Below, in pieces: positions 18,089 to 25,832 of a stretch of 32,000 nucleotides of DNA. How positions within the stretch are numbered: position 1 is the first letter of the stretch; every line of letters starts with the position of its first letter. A program made the translations under genes and the position numbers. Below the pieces are notes generated by a model. The model saw nothing but the letters and a program-made list of their open reading frames with translations, was not told where the DNA came from and did no database searches. This stretch comes from Candidatus Helarchaeota ASGARD archaeon Hel_GB_B (lineage in GTDB: Archaea > Asgardarchaeota > Lokiarchaeia > Helarchaeales > HEL-GB-B). The DNA is taken from positions 1 through 32,000 of the forward strand of contig SUPR01000023.1 in assembly GCA_005191425.1 (NCBI GenBank), in the 5' to 3' direction.

Positions 18089-18781
18089 TTGGATAAAGAA
18101 ACAGAAAAGGTGAATGCTGCAAAGGCGAGCTTAGAAAATATAAAAGATGGAATGGTCATTGGGATTGGTTCGGGTTCTACTGTTGCTAAATTGATAAAAT
18201 TATTAGGTAATAAAGCAAAAGAAGAAGAATTAGAAATATTAACTGTACCTACATCATTTCAAGTCCGGCAATTGCTGGTGGAAGCAAAAATTCCGATTAC
18301 AACATTAGATGAACATCCATTTTTAGATATCGCAATAGATGGTGCAGATGAAGTGGATAGAAATCTAAATTTAATAAAAGGTGGAGGTGCAGCATTAACT
18401 CAAGAAAAAATAATTGATTCGTGTACCAAAAATTTAATAATAATTGTAGATAGTGGGAAATTAGTGAATAATCTCGGTGAGAAATTTGCTGTCCCTTTAG
18501 AAATTATTCCACAAGCATTACCTTTAGTAAATGATAGATTAAAAATCTTTTCAGATAACTTTGAACTGAGAATGGCAAAAAAGAAATTAGGGCCGATAAT
18601 AACAGACAATGGTAATTTTATTATCGATATGAGAATACCCGACCTATCAAATAGAAATTTAAAAGAACTAGAGAAAGAATTAAATGTAATACCAGGTGTA
18701 ATAGAAAATGGGTTGTTTATTGACATGACAAAAATCGTTTATGTCGGAACTCAAGATGGGGCAAAAAAAATTACTATATAA
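18089..18781 (+). CDS. rpiA: Ribose-5-phosphate isomerase A
   Basis: IGIGSGST, AIDGADEVD, LIKGGGAALTQEKI, ITDNGNFIID and PGVIENGLF. Confidence 0.97.
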   Translation: MDKETEKVNAAKASLENIKDGMVIGIGSGSTVAKLIKLLGNKAKEEELEILTVPTSFQVRQLLVEAKIPITTLDEHPFLDIAIDGADEVDRNLNLIKGGGAALTQEKIIDSCTKNLIIIVDSGKLVNNLGEKFAVPLEIIPQALPLVNDRLKIFSDNFELRMAKKKLGPIITDNGNFIIDMRIPDLSNRNLKELEKELNVIPGVIENGLFIDMTKIVYVGTQDGAKKITI

Positions 18782-18784
18782 AAA

Positions 18785-20611
18785 TTATATTAAAAAAAGC
18801 TCAAATGGCTCTTGTTTTTTATATAAATTAATAATTGTCCTACCATTTTTAGAATTTTTTCTTATTTTAATATCGCCCCTATAATCTGATTTAATTGAAA
18901 GCAATTTATTACCTTTATGGACAATTTGGAAATATCGATTTGGATATTCATCGACTTCAAAATGGATGTATTTCTTGGTTAATTTAAATTGAAATTGGAC
19001 TTTTTGAGGAATAGTCGTAGTATCTTCTTTATCATAGAAAGTCCGCACATCAATATTAAACCCGAGTTTTGATTCTAATTTGTTAATATTAATACCATTT
19101 TTACCAATTATATTTGGTCGCATGGACTTATCAACATAAATTCTGATTCGCTGGTCAGATAAAATTTCTACATCAATTTTTCCATTAGGGACATATTTTT
19201 TAATTTCATTTTTTACTTTTTCAATTACCAGTTTACTTGCGGGAGATATAAATTTCTTAACTAAAGGCATAACAACAATATTATCTCCAAAAGTATAGAT
19301 TTCATATAAAAGTTTATTAGTATTAAAATCATATACTTCGATAATGGGTCGAGCAAGGTCAGATTCCATCATTCCCTTGGGTACTCTTACAGTCATTTTA
19401 AGATAATATACAGATTCAATTTTACCTTTGTTAATATGAATTATTGTATCGATAATTTGAGGTATCATACCAAATTCAATTTTCCTATTTACAAGCATTC
19501 GTTGTATTGCATCAATAGGTGCTGTTGCATGAATTACACCTATCATGCCGATCCCTGCTAGTCGCATATCTGCGTAAATTCCGAAATCTTTTGTTTTTCT
19601 AATTTCGTCAAAAATAGTATAGTCAGGGCGGACAAGAAGTATAATACTAGCGGTTTTTTCAAGGTCATTTTCCAATGGAGCATATTGAGTAACTCCTTTA
19701 GGAACTTGGAGGTCCCGAGGATTTTCCATAGTTTTTACAATTTTGTTTTGTTGTTCATAAAATGTAGCTAATGCACCAGCAAATGTTGATTTTCCGGATC
19801 CAGGTGGTCCACAAATTAAAATTCCTTCGGCAAGAGACCCAAATCGGTTTATTAAAGTTGGCGGTAGGTCATAATCATTTAGAGTTAATTTTTTAATTGG
19901 CTTTATTGCTGTAATTTCAATTGAGTCAGAAAAAGGAGGCTCGGTAATTGTAATACGCAAGTCATTTAATTGAGCTACAATTGCTCCTTTATATTCAATT
20001 TCAAGAAAACAGCCCTTTTCAGATTTTGCTTTTTCTGTTATTACCCGAATTAATTCTTCAATTGTGTGTAAATCAATTGGTTTCTCTCTTAATTTTATTA
20101 ATTTCCAATTTCCGGGAGTACCAACTTTAGCCATTGGTGGAAGACCCTCTTTAAGATGCAATGACATCGTATCCTTGGTAAAATATTCATTAATATCAAC
20201 TTTTGGATGACTTTTTTCCTCTTTAATTAATTTAACCTCAATACCTTGAGCTCTCGCAATATCACTCTGGATTCTATCACTTGTTATTAGTATAGAACCC
20301 GAAGGCTTGGCAAAATCACGTATTATACTATCTAACTCTCCTCCAGATGCTAATTTAATCTGTTCAAGTGTGGGACGATTACCAGTAATATCCAATTTAA
20401 TTTGTTTTTCCTTACACAAATTACGAATATTATTTAATTCTTTTATTCCTAAATGTCCAGTAAGTCGTCCCATATTTGCATGATTTTCGATTTCGGCTAT
20501 TACAATTTGAGGTATAATGATTTCTGAATTTTCTTTAATAAAACCTTCCTTTATTAATTTAGATACCCGCTGGTTCATTATGACTGAGGTGTCAACTACA
20601 TATTTTGTCAT
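18785..20611 (-). CDS. PINc/VapC-family ATPase with KH domain (PINA, archaeal Holliday-junction branch-migration ATPase family)
   Basis: PIN domain (YVVDTSV...ITSD), ATPase (GPPGSGKST, IFDEIRK, GMIGVIHAT) and KH domain (IIGKNGINI). Likely ATG at 20611 (track start 20623). Confidence 0.92.
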   Translation of the reverse strand: MTKYVVDTSVIMNQRVSKLIKEGFIKENSEIIIPQIVIAEIENHANMGRLTGHLGIKELNNIRNLCKEKQIKLDITGNRPTLEQIKLASGGELDSIIRDFAKPSGSILITSDRIQSDIARAQGIEVKLIKEEKSHPKVDINEYFTKDTMSLHLKEGLPPMAKVGTPGNWKLIKLREKPIDLHTIEELIRVITEKAKSEKGCFLEIEYKGAIVAQLNDLRITITEPPFSDSIEITAIKPIKKLTLNDYDLPPTLINRFGSLAEGILICGPPGSGKSTFAGALATFYEQQNKIVKTMENPRDLQVPKGVTQYAPLENDLEKTASIILLVRPDYTIFDEIRKTKDFGIYADMRLAGIGMIGVIHATAPIDAIQRMLVNRKIEFGMIPQIIDTIIHINKGKIESVYYLKMTVRVPKGMMESDLARPIIEVYDFNTNKLLYEIYTFGDNIVVMPLVKKFISPASKLVIEKVKNEIKKYVPNGKIDVEILSDQRIRIYVDKSMRPNIIGKNGININKLESKLGFNIDVRTFYDKEDTTTIPQKVQFQFKLTKKYIHFEVDEYPNRYFQIVHKGNKLLSIKSDYRGDIKIRKNSKNGRTIINLYKKQEPFELFLI

Positions 20612-20694
20612 TAAAATCATCAAAAATTTAGAAAATACAAATTATAATGTAATTTTATTATTCTAATTCATCATTTCTTTTAAAAATAGCTTTT

Positions 20695-21597
20695 TTATAT
20701 AATCCTTATATTAAATTTCAACTTACATTTTGAGCATTTAACTTGTTTAATATTATTGATACCACTTTTAATTGGTATTTTTAACAATGAAATTTTAAGA
20801 CTCTCATTTTTACACCTTGGACATTTCCAATAATTTGTAATTTCTTTATTAATTTCAATATATTTGTCATTATCTTTATCATAAGACCGAATTTGAATTA
20901 TTTTTTCGAGTTTATCAGGTATTTTATTTTTAATATTTGGGTCATTTTTTAACTGTTTAATTATACTTATACGTATCGTCTGATAAAAATCGTCCAGATT
21001 TCTAGCTATCATTTTTCCTTTTAAAGTTAAAACATAAAAATCGTTTTCTTTATTAATATAATTCTCGTTAATTAATTCATTTATGTGTTTATAGGTCATA
21101 CTATTACTTAATCCCATTTTATATGCAATATCTTTAAGGTTATTGACACCTCTATTTATTAAATCGATAATATCTTTTTTAGGTTCAGTGATTTCCCATA
21201 TTAATATGGGAATATCAATTAATTCATTTTTTTCTTCTGTTAAATAAAATAACCTGTTTATCTTATTATATTCAATATAACATGCTAATTGGGTACCAAA
21301 TGCAAGAGTTTTTCTCCCGCTTGAAATATTTACAAAAATTGTATTCCCCTCTAAATATTCTTGATTTATTATTTTTCTTACTTTTTTTATAATAGAAACT
21401 ATATCATAATGATCTACTTGAATAAACTGACTCGGAATGAAACTTGAAGGGATGGCATCTTTCACCTTTTTAATTTCATTACTAACTCTTTCATTTGGAA
21501 CACCATGAAATATGAATAATTTATCTCCACCAAACATTTTAACAGTATTTATTATTACATTTGCCTTATATCCTAGAGTACAAATTATAGATTTCAT
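20695..21597 (-). CDS. CARF-domain winged-HTH transcriptional regulator (Csa3-like) with a C-terminal zinc ribbon
   Basis: CARF motif I ICTLGY and motif II VNISSGRK. wHTH: LKDIAYKMGLSNSMTYKHINELINENYI...YVLTLKG. C-terminal CPRC-x25-CSKC. Confidence 0.8.
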   Translation of the reverse strand: MKSIICTLGYKANVIINTVKMFGGDKLFIFHGVPNERVSNEIKKVKDAIPSSFIPSQFIQVDHYDIVSIIKKVRKIINQEYLEGNTIFVNISSGRKTLAFGTQLACYIEYNKINRLFYLTEEKNELIDIPILIWEITEPKKDIIDLINRGVNNLKDIAYKMGLSNSMTYKHINELINENYINKENDFYVLTLKGKMIARNLDDFYQTIRISIIKQLKNDPNIKNKIPDKLEKIIQIRSYDKDNDKYIEINKEITNYWKCPRCKNESLKISLLKIPIKSGINNIKQVKCSKCKLKFNIRII

Positions 21598-21880
21598 TTA
21601 TTTTCATATTAATTAAAAAAAAATGGTATATATATAATTTATGGAATTTTGATAACAGATGTAAGTTTTATATATGAAGGTAAGACTTTCAATATTAGCT
21701 AGATAAAGTTTATATAAAATGCTTCTAAAATTAAGTATATCTAGAAAACTTGTTCAAAATAAATTGATAAAAATAAAGAAGAATTAGCTTCCAAAAAAGA
21801 TGATATTAATCAAAAAAATATACCCAAAAAAAAATTTCCGAATATTCAAAAAGTGAGGGGTATATATAGATTAAATTAAA
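21598..21880. promoter_or_regulatory. Divergent promoter region between the CARF regulator and nurA
   Basis: 283-nt gap between head-to-head genes. TATA-like elements at about 21627-21637 (positioned for the minus-strand gene), 21663-21675 (AAGTTTTATATAT) and 21706-21719 (AAGTTTATATAAAA). The background is AT-rich, so individual boxes are uncertain. Confidence 0.45.
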
Positions 21881-23152
21881 GTGAGATTTATGCCAGAATT
21901 CATTAAAGAATTTATTGATGCATTAAATACCAAAAAACCTAGAATTATTGAAGATTTTAAAAGTATAAAATTGGTTGATATTTTTAAAGATGAGTTTGCG
22001 AAATTTTGGATAGATTATAATTTGAAAAAAGCTCGACCAGGTCAAAATATACTAGCAATTGATAGTAGTCGAGGATTAATACCATTTGGTAATGGGGGCT
22101 TTTTTCACGTTGTTAGAGCCTTGGGCATCGTTAGAAATATTAGATATCCATATGTTTTTACAGACTTTGATTTTGGACAACCACTAAGAATGTATAATTA
22201 TATTGGAAGAGTAATGGAATGGGCTGAACATAAAGTGGCTATAAATGCCATAAAAGATGGGTTCAATGGTTATATATTGGTCGATGGCTCAATATATGGT
22301 AGATTAGTGCATCTTCCTTTAGAATTAGAACTTATAAATAATAAATCTTTTATGATACATTATTTTGAAACATTAATCGAACTACTTGATCTGTGTAAAA
22401 ATAAGAATATTCCGTTTATAGGTGTAAGTAAAGAAAGTAGGACTGGATTTTTTAAGGAGTTTTTAATCAAGGAAATTCTTAAGAAAATAATTCATGATGA
22501 ACAATTTTTGGGAGAATTAGTAAGTTTAGGACTTGAAAATAAACGCAAAGCTATTGAAATTGCTAGAAAAACTGGAGACGATCAGATAATTTCTTTAATA
22601 AATGAACTTGTATATAAAAAGCCCGATGCCTTATTGATTTTAAATAACGCCCTTAATTCGGGATATACACACCCACTTTTATTAGGGGCAAGTCAGAGGT
22701 GGAGGAGAGCTTCAAAAATGATTTCGAGAGATCCAAAAGAATATATTCGTAAAAATTTTCCATTATCTTCTTTAGACAATAATTTTTTAAATTTCGCGCA
22801 GGATATTGTCAAAAAAATGTTGGATTTTCCTGCAATTGTCTCATTTCATTTATTACCCCAAATTAATGATACACCTATTCGGATTGATATCCCAGATTGG
22901 TATTTCGACCTTGATTCTAAACTTATAGAAATTGGATGGCCTCAAATTGTTGACATTGATTTAGAAGAAATTTTAAATTTAATTTCGGCTGGATATTGTG
23001 GGCTGGACAATTATAATATTTGGTTGAAATTTGTTGATGATAATGTTAAATTAAAAAGAAATATTTTAGAAAATATTTATTTACAAAAATTTGAAGAAAT
23101 TATTAGTAAAAAAGCAACCTCAAGGGGGTATAGACGTGTTAGATATCCATAA
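21881..23152 (+). CDS. nurA: DNA double-strand break repair nuclease NurA
   Basis: LAIDSS, LVDGSIYG, IGVSKES and GYTHPL; first gene of the herA-mre11-rad50 cluster. Confidence 0.9.
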   Translation: MRFMPEFIKEFIDALNTKKPRIIEDFKSIKLVDIFKDEFAKFWIDYNLKKARPGQNILAIDSSRGLIPFGNGGFFHVVRALGIVRNIRYPYVFTDFDFGQPLRMYNYIGRVMEWAEHKVAINAIKDGFNGYILVDGSIYGRLVHLPLELELINNKSFMIHYFETLIELLDLCKNKNIPFIGVSKESRTGFFKEFLIKEILKKIIHDEQFLGELVSLGLENKRKAIEIARKTGDDQIISLINELVYKKPDALLILNNALNSGYTHPLLLGASQRWRRASKMISRDPKEYIRKNFPLSSLDNNFLNFAQDIVKKMLDFPAIVSFHLLPQINDTPIRIDIPDWYFDLDSKLIEIGWPQIVDIDLEEILNLISAGYCGLDNYNIWLKFVDDNVKLKRNILENIYLQKFEEIISKKATSRGYRRVRYP

Positions 23153-24725
23153 AATTGGTTTAATTATAGGTGAATCAACACCTACTGAATTTTTATTTGC
23201 AGTTGATGAGTCAATTGGAAGATTAGAATATGTTTTAGTAAAGTCTAAAGAAATTTTATTGGAAAAGTCGGGTAATAGAATAGAAGAAATAGAGGCAGAT
23301 GTAGAAATTGTTGCCCAGATCTACAAAATTTTTGCTAACTCGATGGCATTATTAGAAGGATTAAATTTAGAAAGTGCTGAAAAAATAGTGGAAGCTGGTC
23401 TTTCGGATAATCGAGTATTTGCTAAAGCTAGAGTACTTGGATTTTTATATAAAGGCACGATATATGAACCCAGAAAAGCTATTAAACCAGGAAATATTGT
23501 TTATAGAGCACCTAAAGAACTACTTGAACAATTCTATTCCTATAGTAAAGATGAAGGTTTACACATTGGAAATTTAATTACGAGACATGATGTCCCAGTG
23601 AGTTTAAGTATTAAAGGATTTAGGAGGCACCTTGCAATACTAGCTCAAACTGGGGCAGGTAAAAGCTACACAGCTGGGGTTTTAATAGAAGAATTATTAC
23701 AGAAAGGAGCTACAATTATTATAATAGACCCGCACGCAGATTATGTTTTTATTGGTAATAAAAAAGATGGTACTAAAATAGATAGAGTAGATATTTTCAG
23801 AACGCCTGAAAGTACAGGCAGGTATGATGAAAGTGAAATAGGAAAAAAAGTCGAAAATTATTCGATCAAATTTTCTGATTTAAGTCTAACTGAAATAGAA
23901 ATAATTTGTGGCATAAATGAAAAATGGACAAATATTACAAGTGCTATTCAAAATACAATTGATAACTTTAAACAAAATAATCAAGATTATTCTCTTGAAG
24001 ATTTATTAAATGAGCTTATAAATGGAGATAAAAATGATAAGAGCGCTTCTAAATATATTAATAGATTGAACAAAATAAAAGTTTGGGGCGATGCTACAAC
24101 GGATATTGGGAAATTTCTCAAGCCAAAACATATTTCAATTATGGACCTATCGGGATTAAATGACACCATCTCAGACTATGTTAATTATAAAATTTTAAAT
24201 GATATATATTATCAAGTGGAAAGTAAGAATTTCGAATATCCAGTGTTTATTTTTATTGAGGAGTCTCATAAATTTATACCCAATAAAGAAAATAAATTGT
24301 CTAAATCAATCATTAAGAAGATTGCCTCTGAAGGTAGAAAATTCGGTATTTTTTTGGTCTTAATCACTCAACGACCATATAAAATAGACCAAGATGCCTT
24401 AAGCCAGTGTAATAGTCAGATTATAATGCGTATGACAAATCCTACGGACCAAAATGCTATAAAAACAAGTTCTGAACGGATAAGTGAAAATTTGTTAAAT
24501 GATTTACCTGGTCTAAATATTGGTGAAGCAGTCGTTGTGGGAGAAATAACAAGAGCACCAGTTATGATTAAAGTTCGGGAACGAATAACCGAAGAAGGCG
24601 GCGCAGATATTGATATAATAACTAAATTAAAAGAAGCATCTGAAGAAGCTGAACATGAAAAGGAAAAAAAGGAAGATGGATTACAAGAGTCAGTTTCAGA
24701 AATTAGAGATTTAGTGGAGAGTTAA
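23136..24725 (+). CDS. herA: DNA double-strand break repair helicase HerA
   Basis: N-terminal HAS-barrel-like region, RHLAILAQTGAGKS, FIFIEESHKF, IASEGRKFG and ITQRP. Likely GTG start at 23136 after GGGGG, overlapping the nurA stop (track start 23091). Confidence 0.94.
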   Translation: MLDIHKIGLIIGESTPTEFLFAVDESIGRLEYVLVKSKEILLEKSGNRIEEIEADVEIVAQIYKIFANSMALLEGLNLESAEKIVEAGLSDNRVFAKARVLGFLYKGTIYEPRKAIKPGNIVYRAPKELLEQFYSYSKDEGLHIGNLITRHDVPVSLSIKGFRRHLAILAQTGAGKSYTAGVLIEELLQKGATIIIIDPHADYVFIGNKKDGTKIDRVDIFRTPESTGRYDESEIGKKVENYSIKFSDLSLTEIEIICGINEKWTNITSAIQNTIDNFKQNNQDYSLEDLLNELINGDKNDKSASKYINRLNKIKVWGDATTDIGKFLKPKHISIMDLSGLNDTISDYVNYKILNDIYYQVESKNFEYPVFIFIEESHKFIPNKENKLSKSIIKKIASEGRKFGIFLVLITQRPYKIDQDALSQCNSQIIMRMTNPTDQNAIKTSSERISENLLNDLPGLNIGEAVVVGEITRAPVMIKVRERITEEGGADIDIITKLKEASEEAEHEKEKKEDGLQESVSEIRDLVES

Positions 24726-24728
24726 AAA

Positions 24729-25832
24729 TTGAGAATTGCGCATATATCAGACACTCACTTAGGATATAGACAATATAATCTTGATGAACGCGAACAAGAT
24801 ATTTATGACGCTTTTGACGAAGCTATTTCAAAAATTATTGAGGAAAGAGTCGATGTATTGATACATTCAGGAGATTTATTTGATTCACCAAACCCACAAA
24901 TTAAAGCTTTAAAATCTTTTAAGAATTCAATAGAAAAATTGGAAGGAAAAGTAAAAATTTTTAGCGTTTTGGGTGACCACGATATGCCTAAGAGGAGAGG
25001 AATACCACCTCATAAACTTTTTAATGTTAATGTGCTTGGAATAGGTAGATTACAATCAGAAGAATACAAAGGAGTTTTATTTAGTGGGATTTCAAATTTA
25101 AAAGGGAATAATATCATACTTCTTAAAGAAGAATTAAAAAAATTTGACCATGAAGCGGAAAAATATAAAAAATCGGTTCTTATTTTACATCAAGCTCTCA
25201 AAAAATATCTGCCTTTTGAAGGGGCTTACGAATTAACTGCAGATGATTTGCCTAGAAGTGCAACGTATTATGCTCTGGGACACATTCATTCTCGATTATT
25301 TACTAAATTTGGAAGTGGAAAACTTGCTTATGCGGGGTCAACTGAAATTTTAAGAAAAGATGAAATAAGTTCATGGGAAAAAAATGGTAAAGGTTTTTAT
25401 ATTATAGATCTAGAGGACGATGAAGTGGCTATAAATAAAATTGACTTAGATATCAGACCACAAATTAATATCGATATTAATACTGATGAATTAGAAGAAA
25501 TATCAGACAAACTGAACTATGGTAAAAAACCTATCCTTCATGCGCGAGTTATTGGAGAACATATTGATATGAAAGCAATAATTGAAAAATTTAATGAATT
25601 ATATAGAAATAAGACCTTAAGTATTAAACTAAGTTTTAAGGATACTTCGTCAAAAATGAATCTAATTCCTCAAAAAGACTGGAATTTAAAGAAACTAATG
25701 TCAGAATATCTTAATGATGAAATTCTTGCGGACCTTGCGTATAATTTATACCAATTATTGATTGATAACAATATAGAAGAGGCAAAAAAGGTTGCAGAAA
25801 AGTTTTTGGAGGAAAATAAAAATGATCTTTAA
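24729..25832 (+). CDS. mre11: DNA double-strand break repair nuclease Mre11
   Basis: Phosphoesterase motifs HISDTHLG, HSGDLFD, GDHD, LHQ and LGHIH; YAGS. Confidence 0.95.
   Translation: MRIAHISDTHLGYRQYNLDEREQDIYDAFDEAISKIIEERVDVLIHSGDLFDSPNPQIKALKSFKNSIEKLEGKVKIFSVLGDHDMPKRRGIPPHKLFNVNVLGIGRLQSEEYKGVLFSGISNLKGNNIILLKEELKKFDHEAEKYKKSVLILHQALKKYLPFEGAYELTADDLPRSATYYALGHIHSRLFTKFGSGKLAYAGSTEILRKDEISSWEKNGKGFYIIDLEDDEVAINKIDLDIRPQINIDINTDELEEISDKLNYGKKPILHARVIGEHIDMKAIIEKFNELYRNKTLSIKLSFKDTSSKMNLIPQKDWNLKKLMSEYLNDEILADLAYNLYQLLIDNNIEEAKKVAEKFLEENKNDL

Noticed and set aside
18785-20611. PIN domain as a VapC toxin or a type IV pilus ATPase
   Set aside because: The PIN-ATPase-KH fusion matches the conserved archaeal PINA family, and there is no antitoxin or pilus gene nearby.
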